Notes: generated from the letters alone by a model not told the origin. A DNA stretch of 63,836 nucleotides from Holosporaceae bacterium UBA7879 (GCA_002500565.1 DLRV01000020.1:1-63836), one strand, 5' to 3'. Numbered from the stretch's first letter, positions 38,623 through 48,536 are shown. Numbers and translations: made by a program.

Positions 38623-40878
38623 ATGAGAAATATTTATCAATTTTCTAGTGTTATCTTTATATTGCTGGCTTTTGCTGGGCATGCAATGGGTACTGAGCCT
38701 GAACATGGTGAGGAGCCCGGAGCCAGGGCGGCTTCTCAAGCCCAAGCCAAAGAAACTGTAGATCGTGAGGCTGAACAAGGAGATCGTCAAGAACGTTCAA
38801 CGTTAAGACAGCATGCTTCTGAAGCGGAGCAAGATATCTATTTAAAACTTCTAACTATTAATGCTGAAGCAGGGGATGCAGAGGCGCAACTTGAACTTGC
38901 TATTAGATATACAAAGGGTGAGGGCGTTTCTGAGGACTTGGAAACAGCTTTTAAATTTTGTCAAAAAGCCGCCCTTCAGGGTAATGAAGAAGCACAAAAT
39001 AGGCTAGGTTTTTATTATCAAAAAGGTATGGGTGTTCCGCAAGACCACGCACTAGCAGTTCAATGGTATCGCAAAGCCGCTGAGCAAGGGTATGGTAAAG
39101 CACAGTATAATTTAGGGTTGTGTTACTCCAAAGGTTGTGGCGTCTCTCAAGACCACGCTCAAGCCGTAGCATGGTATCAAAAAGCAGCAGAGCAAGAAAA
39201 TGCAGCAGCGCAACTTGAGCTTGCTATTAAATATACAAAGGGTGAGGGCGTTCCTGAGGACTTAAAAAAAGCTTTTAAATTTTGTGAAAAAGCTGCCAAT
39301 CAAGATAATAAAGAAGCACAGAATAGACTTGGTTTTTACTATAAAAAAGGTATGGGCGTTACCAAAAACTTAGAGCAAGCAGTTCATTGGTTTAGAAAAG
39401 CCGCTGAGCAAGGGCACGCCGAAGCACAACACTTTCTAGGTGTATGTTACGATTATGGCGAGGGCGTTCCTCAAGATAAAGCCCAAGCGGTTAAATGGTA
39501 TTGCAAATCAGCAGAGCAAGGAAATGCAGAAGCGCAAAACGCTCTGGGCGTATGTTACGATTATGGCGAGGGCGTTCCTCAAGATAAAGCCCAAGCGGTT
39601 GAATGGTATCGCAAATCAGCAGAGCAAGGAAATGCTGGTGCACAATACAATTTAGGCTTGTGCTACGCAGAGGGTGAGGGAATTGCGCAAGACTACTCTG
39701 AAGCGGTTAAATGGTATCGCAAATCAGCAGAGCAAGGAAATGCAGAAGCGCAAAATGAATTAGGTGAATTTTATCAATTCGTGTGCACTCCTGAAATTTA
39801 TAGTGAAGCAATTAGATGGTTTCAAAAAGCCGCCGAGCAGGGGGATGCAGCGGCGCAAAGAAACTTAGGTGTTTGCTACATGAAAGGCCAGGGCGTTGCT
39901 GAAGACAAAGTTAAAGCAGTTCGACTGTATCGCAAATCAGCAGAGCAAGGGGATTCAGCGGCGCAATACAATTTAGGCTTGTGTTATGCAGAGGGTATCG
40001 CTGTCTTTCAAAACCACGCTCAAGCAGTTCAATGGTTTACAAAAGCCGCTGAACAAGGGCACACCGAAGCGCAAAACACTCTTGGTGCTTGTTATTTAAA
40101 TGGTAAGGGTGTTCCTCAAAACCACGCACAAGCAGTTCATTGGCTGAGTAAGGCCGCTAAGCAAGGGAATGTAGAGGCGCAATATAACCTAGGTGTTTGC
40201 TATGTGAACGGTCAGGGCATTCCGCAAAATCATGTTCAAGCAGTTTATTGGTTTACAAAAGCAGCCGAGCAAGGATATGCAGCAGCGCAAAACGCTCTGG
40301 GCGTTTGTTATGAAAGCAGCCAGGGTGTTTCACAAGACTTAAGGAAAGCAATTGGCTATTTTCAAAAAGCTTCGGCGCAGGGAAATGAAACAGCTAAATA
40401 CAATTTAGGCTTGACTTATTTAAAGATGGGCTGGTGTTATGAAAAAGGGTTGAGTGTTCGTAAAAACTATAGCTCAGCAGCTAATTGGTATCACAAAGCC
40501 GCTGAGCAAGGGAATGCAGGGGCGCAATATAATTTGGGTCTTCTTTATGCCAGTGGGAAGGGTGTTGTCAAAGACATGCGTCAAGCAGTACAATTGTATC
40601 GCAAAGCTGCGGAGCAAGGGCATGCAGAGGCGCAGTACACTCTAGGCCAGCTTTATGCCAAGGGGAAGGGTGTTGTCAAAGACATGCGTCAAGCAGTACA
40701 ATTGTATCGCAGAGCTGCAGAGCAAGGGAATACAGAGGCACAATACACTTTAGGCCAGCTTTATGCCAAGGGAAAGAACGTGCCTGAAGACATGCGTCAA
40801 GCAGTTCAATGGTTTAGAAAAGCAGCCGTACAAGGGCACGAAAATGCAAAAAAAGCGCTTAAGAAGCTAAAGATATAA
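38623..40878 (+). CDS. Exported Sel1-repeat protein 3, about 751 aa
   Basis: Start at the ATG of MRNIYQFSSVIFILLAFAGHAMG; the ORF track begins at 38599. About 18 Sel1 units with several near-identical neighbours. Confidence 0.9.
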   Translation: MRNIYQFSSVIFILLAFAGHAMGTEPEHGEEPGARAASQAQAKETVDREAEQGDRQERSTLRQHASEAEQDIYLKLLTINAEAGDAEAQLELAIRYTKGEGVSEDLETAFKFCQKAALQGNEEAQNRLGFYYQKGMGVPQDHALAVQWYRKAAEQGYGKAQYNLGLCYSKGCGVSQDHAQAVAWYQKAAEQENAAAQLELAIKYTKGEGVPEDLKKAFKFCEKAANQDNKEAQNRLGFYYKKGMGVTKNLEQAVHWFRKAAEQGHAEAQHFLGVCYDYGEGVPQDKAQAVKWYCKSAEQGNAEAQNALGVCYDYGEGVPQDKAQAVEWYRKSAEQGNAGAQYNLGLCYAEGEGIAQDYSEAVKWYRKSAEQGNAEAQNELGEFYQFVCTPEIYSEAIRWFQKAAEQGDAAAQRNLGVCYMKGQGVAEDKVKAVRLYRKSAEQGDSAAQYNLGLCYAEGIAVFQNHAQAVQWFTKAAEQGHTEAQNTLGACYLNGKGVPQNHAQAVHWLSKAAKQGNVEAQYNLGVCYVNGQGIPQNHVQAVYWFTKAAEQGYAAAQNALGVCYESSQGVSQDLRKAIGYFQKASAQGNETAKYNLGLTYLKMGWCYEKGLSVRKNYSSAANWYHKAAEQGNAGAQYNLGLLYASGKGVVKDMRQAVQLYRKAAEQGHAEAQYTLGQLYAKGKGVVKDMRQAVQLYRRAAEQGNTEAQYTLGQLYAKGKNVPEDMRQAVQWFRKAAVQGHENAKKALKKLKI
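39441..39641 (+). repeat. Intragenic tandem duplication, 108-nt period (two Sel1 units)
   Basis: GTATGTTACGATTATGGCGAGGGCGTTCCTCAAGATAAAGCCCAAGCGGTT... recurs 108 nt later with 2-3 mismatches. Confidence 0.9.
40540..40830 (+). repeat. Intragenic tandem triplication, 108-nt period (three Sel1 units)
   Basis: GGTGTTGTCAAAGACATGCGTCAAGCAGTACAATTGTATCGCA occurs at 40561 and 40669, with a diverged third copy near 40777. Confidence 0.85.
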
Positions 40879-41113
40879 TCGAGTTAACAGCACCTGCGGC
40901 ATATGTGCTTATCATGGGGCGCATATGCTGTGGAAAGCTTTAGGGATAACTTATCTTTGGACCTCTAGCCCTTCTGAAGTAGCTATATTTCCAAACTGAA
41001 ACTTATACATTTTCGTTTTGGAAAAACTTACTCTTTCAAATTCCTTTACCTGCGCGCTTATTCATTTTATAACAAGTTTTAAGTTTTTAAGATTGTTTGA
41101 TAAGCGGGTTCGT

Positions 41114-41560
41114 ATGAAGTTTTTACTGGTTCTTTTGTTTTGTGTTTTGCAGGTATCGGCTGCAGATTCCCTCCAGGTTACGGATGTTTTTGCCCGGGCA
41201 ACCAACGGTAAGAATGGCGCCGTATTCATGACTTTGAAGAATGAGGGTAACCGGATGCATAAGCTGATTTCGGCTAAGGTGTCTGATCCGATTGCGGAGA
41301 AGTGTGAACTGCATACCCATGTGGTTGAAGGCAATACCTATCGGATGCGCAAAATACCAAGCATTGAGGTGCCAGCTGGCAGTCAGGTGCAGCTGAAACC
41401 AGGTGGCTTGCATGTGATGCTGATGGGCTTAAAAAAACATCTGGTGCAGGGCCAAACGTTTGATTTAACGCTTGTTTTTGGATCGGGCGCAAATGTAAAC
41501 GTTGAGGTGCCGATTAAATCAGCTGGGGCGATGAGCGCTTCGTGCGGCTGTCAATCTTAG
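41114..41560 (+). CDS. Periplasmic copper chaperone PCu(A)C (DUF461)
   Basis: Signal peptide MKFLLVLLFCVLQVSA, then the H/M copper motif pattern (ELHTHVVEGNTYRMRKI...GGLHVMLMGL). ATG at 41114, inside the longer ORF-track ORF. Confidence 0.8.
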   Translation: MKFLLVLLFCVLQVSAADSLQVTDVFARATNGKNGAVFMTLKNEGNRMHKLISAKVSDPIAEKCELHTHVVEGNTYRMRKIPSIEVPAGSQVQLKPGGLHVMLMGLKKHLVQGQTFDLTLVFGSGANVNVEVPIKSAGAMSASCGCQS

Positions 41561-41572
41561 GGTTTTTCAATA

Positions 41573-44356
41573 ATGACTGATGTAAAAAAATCTGTTCGCT
41601 TGCCACAAACGCCTTTTGGAATGAAGGCGCGCTTAGCAGAAACTGAGCCGCAAACGCTGCAATGGTGGCAGAAAAATGCCGTTTATCAAAAGTTGCAAGA
41701 TAAGAATGCGGGGAATCAGCCTTTTATTCTGCATGATGGCCCGCCCTATGCCAATGGGCATTTGCACATGGGACATGCCCTAAACAAAATTTTAAAAGAT
41801 ATTTTCCTGAAATACAAAGCCATGCAAGGGTTTAAAACCCCTTTGACGCCTGGTTGGGATTGCCACGGCCTGCCAATTGAATGGAAGGTTGAGGAAGAAT
41901 ACAAGAAAAAAGGCCAGGATAAAGAGGCAGTGGATGCAGCCAGTTTCCGGAAAGCCTGTCGGGATTTTGCTGATAAATGGGTGGGGGTACAATCGAGCGA
42001 GTTTCAACGCCTGGGGGTTTTTGCTGACTGGCAGCAGCCGTATTTGACCATGACGCCGGCCAATGAAGCGCTGATCACGGAAAAGCTATTCCAATTCCTG
42101 ATGAACGGTGATTTGTACAAAAGTGTTAAACCGGTTTACTGGTCAGTTGTCGAACAAACAGCTTTAGCTGAGGCGGAAGTTGAATACAAAGATAAACAAT
42201 CACCCTCCATTCATGTGGCGTTTAAAATTACGCACAGCCCAAAGCCAAGTTTAGTGGGCGCAGAGGCCTTGATTTGGACAACAACGCCTTGGACATTGCC
42301 GGCTAACCGAGCTATTGCCTATCACCCCGAAGTTGATTATGTGCTGGTTGAGGGGTCTGTTAATGGGTGCGGACGAAAACTGGTAATAGCCGAAGCGTTG
42401 ACTGGTCAGGTGGAAAAAGTGCTGGGCTATGACCTGGCTGTTGTTGAACGCTTTAGTGGGGCTGATCTGAAAGATACACTTGCCCAGCACCCGTGGCATG
42501 CAACCGGCTATGATTTTTCTGTACCGCTTTTGCCAGGTGAGCATGTAACCACCGATCAAGGAACAGGGCTTGTTCATACCGCGCCAGGACATGGTGTTGA
42601 AGACTTTTTGTTGGGCAAGCAGTTTGATTTGGAAGTGGCGCAACCGGTTGGCGATGATGGGGTTTATTATGACCATGTGCCGATGTGGGCCGGACAGCAT
42701 GTGTATAAGGTGAACGAGGCCATCATCCAAGCGTTGGATCAAGTTGGAGCGTTGGTGGCGCGTGCGGATATTACGCATAGCTATCCGCATTCGTGGCGAT
42801 CAAAAGCACCGCTGATTTACCGCACCACGCCGCAATGGTTTATTTCCATGGAAGTTAATAACCTGCGTGAAAAAGCGCTTACGGCAATTGAGGGCGTGAC
42901 ATGGATTCCAAGTCAAGGGCGTAACCGAATTGAGGCGATGATTTCAGGGCGGCCTGATTGGTGTGTGTCGCGGCAGCGATTGTGGGGGATCCCCATTCCG
43001 TTGTTTGTGCACAAGCAAAGCCAAGAGATTCTGAAAGATGCTGAGCTGAATCAACGGATTGTGGCCAAGATTGCTGCAGAGGGAACGGACTTTTGGTTTG
43101 ATAGCAATGCGGTTCGAGCGCTATTGGCACCAACATACCAATTGGATGATTACATTAAAATTGATGATATTTTGGATGTGTGGTTTGAAAGCGGTTGTTC
43201 TTATCAATTTATCCAGAAAAATCCAGATGTGTCGCTGCCAGTTGATTTGTATTTGGAAGGATCCGACCAGCACCGGGGGTGGTTCCAATCAAGCTTACTG
43301 GTTGGATTGGCAACCGATGGTAAGGCGCCATTTAAATCGGTTTTAACCCATGGATTTATTGTTGACGAACATGGGTATAAGCTGTCGAAGTCTAAAGGCA
43401 ATGCGGTGAACCTGGCCGATGTTGTGCAGAAAGACGGGGTAGATATTATCCGCCTGTGGGTGGCTGGATCGGATTATCAAAATGACATGCGCTTGGGACA
43501 ACAAGTGATCAAGATCCAACAAGAAAACTATCGCAAAATCCGCAATGTGCTGCGGTTTATGTTGGGGAACATGCCGGCTGAGCGTGTGGAAGTTGCGTAT
43601 GCGGATTTGCCGGTGTTGGAAAAATATGCATTGGCGCATTTGCATGCGGTATTAACAGCCTGTGAGAAGCATCTTGAGAAAGTGAATATTCATGGTATCT
43701 ACCGTGAACTGTTCCAGTTCTGTGTGGATCTCTCATCGTTCTATTTCGATATTCGTAAAGATGCGTTGTATTGCGAAGGCGATCAATCGGCACCCTATCG
43801 CGGCTGTGTGGGTGTGTTGGCGCAAACATTCCAAGCTGTATGTCAATGGTTGGCGCCGATCTTGAGTTTTACAGCCGAGGAAGCTTGGCAAATTTATAAG
43901 CCTGGTGAAAGTATCTTTTTGCAGGATTTAACAAAGCCAGTTGATGACTGGCAGAATGAAAGCTTGCTGAACAAAATGACTGTGCTGCGCGGAATTCGGG
44001 ATCAGGTTAATTGGGCTTTGGAGCAGGCACGGGCTGAGAAAAAGATTCGATCCAGTTTGGAAGCGGAAATTTCGGTTTTTGTGCCAGAAAGTTTGGACAG
44101 GCTGAGCCGGCAAGAAATTCTGGAGACGTTTACCCCAGATGAGTGGTGTGACTTCTTTATCGTTTCTGGCGTTACGTTTGTGGATGAAAAGCCGACTGGT
44201 TCTGTTCAACAAGACGGGCAAGAAATTGCGGTACGGGTTGATCAACATGCCGGTGAGAAATGCCAACGCTGTTGGAAATACGGCACGGGCTATAAAGAAG
44301 TTGGCCCAGAAAATGTTCCGGTTTGTCAGAGGTGTTATGATGTGTTGGTGCATTAA
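41573..44356 (+). CDS. ileS: Isoleucine--tRNA ligase
   Basis: HIGH-type motif PYANGHLHMGH, KMSKS-type KLSKSKG, CP1 editing domain, C-terminal zinc knuckles CQRCWKY...CQRCYD. Confidence 0.96.
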   Translation: MTDVKKSVRLPQTPFGMKARLAETEPQTLQWWQKNAVYQKLQDKNAGNQPFILHDGPPYANGHLHMGHALNKILKDIFLKYKAMQGFKTPLTPGWDCHGLPIEWKVEEEYKKKGQDKEAVDAASFRKACRDFADKWVGVQSSEFQRLGVFADWQQPYLTMTPANEALITEKLFQFLMNGDLYKSVKPVYWSVVEQTALAEAEVEYKDKQSPSIHVAFKITHSPKPSLVGAEALIWTTTPWTLPANRAIAYHPEVDYVLVEGSVNGCGRKLVIAEALTGQVEKVLGYDLAVVERFSGADLKDTLAQHPWHATGYDFSVPLLPGEHVTTDQGTGLVHTAPGHGVEDFLLGKQFDLEVAQPVGDDGVYYDHVPMWAGQHVYKVNEAIIQALDQVGALVARADITHSYPHSWRSKAPLIYRTTPQWFISMEVNNLREKALTAIEGVTWIPSQGRNRIEAMISGRPDWCVSRQRLWGIPIPLFVHKQSQEILKDAELNQRIVAKIAAEGTDFWFDSNAVRALLAPTYQLDDYIKIDDILDVWFESGCSYQFIQKNPDVSLPVDLYLEGSDQHRGWFQSSLLVGLATDGKAPFKSVLTHGFIVDEHGYKLSKSKGNAVNLADVVQKDGVDIIRLWVAGSDYQNDMRLGQQVIKIQQENYRKIRNVLRFMLGNMPAERVEVAYADLPVLEKYALAHLHAVLTACEKHLEKVNIHGIYRELFQFCVDLSSFYFDIRKDALYCEGDQSAPYRGCVGVLAQTFQAVCQWLAPILSFTAEEAWQIYKPGESIFLQDLTKPVDDWQNESLLNKMTVLRGIRDQVNWALEQARAEKKIRSSLEAEISVFVPESLDRLSRQEILETFTPDEWCDFFIVSGVTFVDEKPTGSVQQDGQEIAVRVDQHAGEKCQRCWKYGTGYKEVGPENVPVCQRCYDVLVH

Positions 44357-44810
44357 TCGAGTATGGTATGTGCTGGTTATCCTGCTGGTGTGGGGGCTGG
44401 ATTATTACAGCAAAGAATGGATTCTGGAATACTTTGCAACGCGCAGTCAGCCTTTAGAAATTAGTTCTTATTTTCATCTGGTACTGGTTTACAACAAAGG
44501 CGCAACATTTGGATTGCTAAACAATGGTTCAACAACTGCTTTTTGGATTTTAACTGCGGTTGTGATTTTTGTTTTAGGGTTTTTGGTGCGTTGGTTGATA
44601 ACGGAAAAATCAACGTATACCCATTTGGCCTTATCCATGATTATTGGTGGGGCGCTGGGAAACTTGTATGATCGATTGATGCGCGGCGCGGTTGTTGATT
44701 TTTTAGATTTTTTTTGGCAAGACTATCATTGGCCGGCTTTTAATGTTGCAGATGCTGCAATCGTGATGGGCGTTGGACTTTTAATTTTAAAAACAATAAA
44801 AGAAAGATAA
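44337..44810 (+). CDS. lspA: Lipoprotein signal peptidase (signal peptidase II)
   Basis: Four TM helices, VYNKGATFGL and FNVADAAIVMG motifs. ATG at 44337 overlaps the ileS end by 20 nt, matching the conserved ileS-lspA pairing. Confidence 0.9.
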   Translation: MMCWCINRVWYVLVILLVWGLDYYSKEWILEYFATRSQPLEISSYFHLVLVYNKGATFGLLNNGSTTAFWILTAVVIFVLGFLVRWLITEKSTYTHLALSMIIGGALGNLYDRLMRGAVVDFLDFFWQDYHWPAFNVADAAIVMGVGLLILKTIKER

Positions 44811-44813
44811 TTG

Positions 44814-45302
44814 ATGACTAAAATTTTGACTTTGTCTGTATGCAGCTTTATTTTGGTGTTGCTTGCAGGGTGTGATTCAACCAAAAAGTTCTTGGGGATG
44901 GAAAACAAACAACCTGATGCGTTTGAGGTGATGAACAGAGCGCCGCTTGAGTTGCCGCCGGATTTTGATCTGCGTCCACCAGAGCCGGGTAAAAAACGCC
45001 CACAGGAAATGACAAAGCGTCAGCAAGCTGAACAGCAACTGATTAAGCCAACGCAACAAACGCCGCAGCCACAGGTTTCGGATAAAGCGCTGGGTAAAAC
45101 CCGCCGTAGTCACTATAAATCGACATCAGGAGAACAAGCTTTCTTAAGCCAGGCAGGCGTGGGTAAATCTTCGACAAATCTAAAAAATAAAATGCGCCAA
45201 CAAGAAATGACGGATTCTGAAGATTCATTTTTAAAGCAGTTAGCGCGCGAAAAAAAGGATCCAGTGATTAACCCTTATACTGAGCCAACCCCCAAAAGCT
45301 AG
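44814..45302 (+). CDS. Lipoprotein, DUF3035-like
   Basis: Lipobox LLAGC after a signal peptide, and a Pro-rich motif PDAFEVMNRAPLELPPDFDLRPPEPG. Lies directly downstream of lspA. TTG 44811 is an alternative start. Confidence 0.7.
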   Translation: MTKILTLSVCSFILVLLAGCDSTKKFLGMENKQPDAFEVMNRAPLELPPDFDLRPPEPGKKRPQEMTKRQQAEQQLIKPTQQTPQPQVSDKALGKTRRSHYKSTSGEQAFLSQAGVGKSSTNLKNKMRQQEMTDSEDSFLKQLAREKKDPVINPYTEPTPKS

Positions 45303-45317
45303 CTTGGAAGGAGAGCC

Positions 45318-46604
45318 ATGATTTACACGCAAAACCTGCACGGCCTCTCCATCGATACCATTGGTGAGAACGGCTTTAAGCCAACGCAAATTGATCTGCA
45401 TCGGCAAAAGTTTCTAAACGCCCAGGAAAAGTTTAATCAGATTTTTGATGAGGGATCTTTGCCGCTGTTTAAACAGCCGTACCTGCGCAAAGACTTACTG
45501 GAGCTGGCGCCGCACATTGAACGCTTTCAAGATGATTTTTCCGATGTGGTGATTATTGGCACTGGTGGATCGAGTTTGGGCGGACAGACATTAAGTGTGC
45601 TGGCTGAAAATAAGGGGCCCAAGCTTCATTTCATGGACAATGTGGACCCAGCAACGTTTACGGAATTGTTTAAAACCATTGATCCTAATCATACTGGTTT
45701 TGTGGTGATTTCTAAATCGGGTGGTACGGTTGAGACATTGGCTGCATTTCTACACTGTTTAAAATTCTGGCGCCAGAGTGAGCACGACAATGCGATTTCT
45801 GATCATTTTTTGATTGTGACAGAGCCGAAGGAATCGTCTTTGATGAAGTTGGCCACACAATGGCAGATTCCTGTGATTGATCATGATCCGGGGCTGGGCG
45901 GACGATTTTCAGTGCTGTCGGTTGTGGGGATGATCCCAGCAATGTTGGTGGGGATTGACCCGCTGGCAATACGTAAGGGCGCGCAAGATGTTCTAGAACA
46001 TACCTTAAAGGAAAAGGTTCTTGAAAAAAACCAACCTGGTATGGGGGCGGTTACAGCTGTTGCCCTGAGCCGCCGTTACCCCAATGCGGTGTTGATGCCG
46101 TATGTTGACCAGCTGCGTTATTTTTCCAGATGGTACAGGCAACTATGGGCTGAAAGCTTGGGTAAAGGTGGCAAGGGAACAACACCGATTGATGCCTTGG
46201 GCACAGTCGATCAACACAGTCAGTTGCAGCTTTATTTAGATGGACCGCTGGATAAAGTGATTACATTAATTGGCGCTGAAAAAGAACATGGGTCAGAAGC
46301 CTTGAACATGCAAGGGCTGCCCGAAGATGGGTTGATTGATTTGCTTAACCAAACATCGATGGCTGATCTTCTAAATGCTGAATTTGAGGCGACGCGGGAT
46401 ACGTTGATTCAAAACAATAAACCTGTACGGGTGCTGACGTATGAAAAGCTGACAGCTGAAACCATGGGTGCGCTGTTGATGCACTTTATGCTGGAAACCA
46501 TGTATGCCGCTGAGCTTCTGGGCGTGGACCCGTTCGACCAGCCAGCGGTTGAGCAAGGCAAGATTCTAGCCAAGCAATATCTATCAGACAGCATTCAACA
46601 ATGA
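45318..46604 (+). CDS. pgi: Glucose-6-phosphate isomerase (short form)
   Basis: SIS domains, IGTGGSSLG and ISKSGGTVETL motifs, 428 aa. Confidence 0.88.
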   Translation: MIYTQNLHGLSIDTIGENGFKPTQIDLHRQKFLNAQEKFNQIFDEGSLPLFKQPYLRKDLLELAPHIERFQDDFSDVVIIGTGGSSLGGQTLSVLAENKGPKLHFMDNVDPATFTELFKTIDPNHTGFVVISKSGGTVETLAAFLHCLKFWRQSEHDNAISDHFLIVTEPKESSLMKLATQWQIPVIDHDPGLGGRFSVLSVVGMIPAMLVGIDPLAIRKGAQDVLEHTLKEKVLEKNQPGMGAVTAVALSRRYPNAVLMPYVDQLRYFSRWYRQLWAESLGKGGKGTTPIDALGTVDQHSQLQLYLDGPLDKVITLIGAEKEHGSEALNMQGLPEDGLIDLLNQTSMADLLNAEFEATRDTLIQNNKPVRVLTYEKLTAETMGALLMHFMLETMYAAELLGVDPFDQPAVEQGKILAKQYLSDSIQQ

Positions 46605-48457
46605 GTCAAATCCGCCTTCTGCCCACTGTTTTAATAAATCAAATTGCAGCTGGGGAAGTGGTGGACCGGCCAGCTTCTGTGGTGAAAGAGCTGGTGGAAA
46701 ATGCGCTGGATGCGGGGGCAAGCCAAATTGATGTTTACATTGAGGATGCGGGAAAAAATCTGATTCGGGTGCGAGACAACGGATCGGGGATGACGCCTGA
46801 AGATTTGCAGCTATCAGTTCAGCGGCATGCAACTTCTAAAATTCCAGGTGATGATTTGATGGCCATTGCCACCATGGGCTTTCGGGGGGAGGCGCTACCG
46901 TCTATTGGATCGATCAGCCGGCTAATCATTGATAGCGCAACGCAAGGCAGCGAGACGGGTTGGCGCCTTGCTGTTGAAGGCGGGAAAGTTTTGCCGTTGA
47001 AGCCAACCCCGATGCAACGCGGCACAACTGTTGAAGTTAGAGACTTGTTTTATGCAACGCCGGCGCGTTTAAACTTTATGCGTGCGGATGCAACAGAGCT
47101 GAGCCATATCACAACGGTGATGCAAAACATTGCCCTGGCCAATTTGGATAAAGGCTTTACGTTGCAAACCGATCGCAAAACGGTGTTTCAGTTTCCCTCA
47201 AACCAAAACTTGCACGAACGATTGAATGCAGTTTTTGCCGCTGACTTCCACGCCAATGCCTTGCCGGTTGAAACAGCTTTTGAGGATATGCAGCTAACCG
47301 GACTTATTAGTTTACCAACCTATAACAAGGGGACAGCGCAAAACCAACTACTGTTTATAAATGGTCGGCCCATCAAAGATAAAATGTTGATCCCAGCTTT
47401 GCGAGCAGCATACCACGATGTGTTGGCCCGGGATCGATATGCGCAGGTTTGCTTGTTTTTGACCCTGAGCACGCAGGCCTTTGATGTAAATGTTCACCCG
47501 GCCAAAATGGAAGTACGGTTTGCCCAGCCGGACCGTATTCGTAAGTTTTTGATCACTTCCTTGAAAGAGACATTACGAAGACATGCACAAGCAGCCGCAC
47601 CATCGGTTGCTCAAGATGTTATGAATTCTTTCCAGCGGCCGTTTTCATCGTCACCTGTTGGTGGGTTTGATCTTGGAAAAATGATGCAGGGTTCGCCGGA
47701 TAAGGGCGGGTTTTCCGATCCGGGTCGGCCTATGGCCAAGTATAGTTCCAGCTATGCTTCAAGACCAACCATGAGGCAACAACAAGCTGTGGACGCATTG
47801 TTTAAGCCAGGACAGGTTCAGCCTTCTGTTAAACAAGCCGATACGTCAGGCCAAGGTTCTGAGGGAAATGTGGACTATCCCTTAGGAGCCGCGTGCGCGC
47901 AAATCCATGGTACGTATATTTTGTGTCAAACCAAAGATGGAATGGTGATTGTTGACCAACATGCCGCCCATGAACGGTTGGTGTATGAAGAGCTGAAAAA
48001 AACAGCTTTAGACCCCACCGGGATTGAGCGACAAATGCTATTGGTGCCTGAGGTTGTGAACTTTAAGAATGGCGTTGTTGAAGCGGTTGCTGACCAACTG
48101 GTGGATTTTGAAAAACTGGGTTTGGTGTTGGAAGCGTTTGGCGAAAATGCCATTTTGATTCGTGAAGTGCCAACTTTGCTGCGCCAAGATAAAATGCATG
48201 ATCTGGTGGAAACATTGGTGATGGAAATGTACCAGCATGGCGAAGGATTTGTGGTTAAGGAAAAACTGCATGAGCTATGTTCCACAATCGCGTGCTATGG
48301 CAGTATTCGTGCCGGGCGGCAGCTGAATTTATCGGAAATGAATGACCTTCTGCGGCAGATGGAAAAAACGCTTTTCTCTGGACAATGCAACCATGGCAGA
48401 CCCACTTATGTAAAGCTGGCCCTAAAAGATATTGAAAAGCTGTTTGGTCGCCGATAA
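46601..48457 (+). CDS. mutL: DNA mismatch repair protein MutL
   Basis: GHKL ATPase N-terminus LINQIAAGEVVDRPASVVKELVENALDAG, and a C-terminal dimerisation/endonuclease-type domain (DQHAAHERL). 4-nt overlap with pgi. Confidence 0.93.
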   Translation: MSQIRLLPTVLINQIAAGEVVDRPASVVKELVENALDAGASQIDVYIEDAGKNLIRVRDNGSGMTPEDLQLSVQRHATSKIPGDDLMAIATMGFRGEALPSIGSISRLIIDSATQGSETGWRLAVEGGKVLPLKPTPMQRGTTVEVRDLFYATPARLNFMRADATELSHITTVMQNIALANLDKGFTLQTDRKTVFQFPSNQNLHERLNAVFAADFHANALPVETAFEDMQLTGLISLPTYNKGTAQNQLLFINGRPIKDKMLIPALRAAYHDVLARDRYAQVCLFLTLSTQAFDVNVHPAKMEVRFAQPDRIRKFLITSLKETLRRHAQAAAPSVAQDVMNSFQRPFSSSPVGGFDLGKMMQGSPDKGGFSDPGRPMAKYSSSYASRPTMRQQQAVDALFKPGQVQPSVKQADTSGQGSEGNVDYPLGAACAQIHGTYILCQTKDGMVIVDQHAAHERLVYEELKKTALDPTGIERQMLLVPEVVNFKNGVVEAVADQLVDFEKLGLVLEAFGENAILIREVPTLLRQDKMHDLVETLVMEMYQHGEGFVVKEKLHELCSTIACYGSIRAGRQLNLSEMNDLLRQMEKTLFSGQCNHGRPTYVKLALKDIEKLFGRR

Positions 48458-48536
48458 ATACGCCTTCGTTGATTCAAGTTTGTTGTTATTTTTTGTAAAA
48501 GTTGGTACTTTATAAGCTCATATTCGTGAGTAGTAA

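Noticed and set aside
40895-40935. Hairpin GCATATG...CATATGC after Sel1 gene 3 as a terminator
   Set aside because: It has a 7-bp stem with a long loop and no downstream T tract, so there is not enough support for an intrinsic terminator.
42251-42790. Long antisense ORFs inside core genes (for example 42251..42790, 43928..44353, 27835..28248, 15179..15598, 50849..51268, 33367..33789, 47926..48285, 7103..7429, 16609..16947)
   Set aside because: These are shadow ORFs opposite well-supported conserved genes. Their products have skewed, low-complexity composition and no start signals.
44139-44336. N-terminal 66-aa extension of lspA
   Set aside because: It lies entirely inside the ileS coding region in another frame. 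LspA homologs start just before the first TM, which corresponds to the ATG at 44337.
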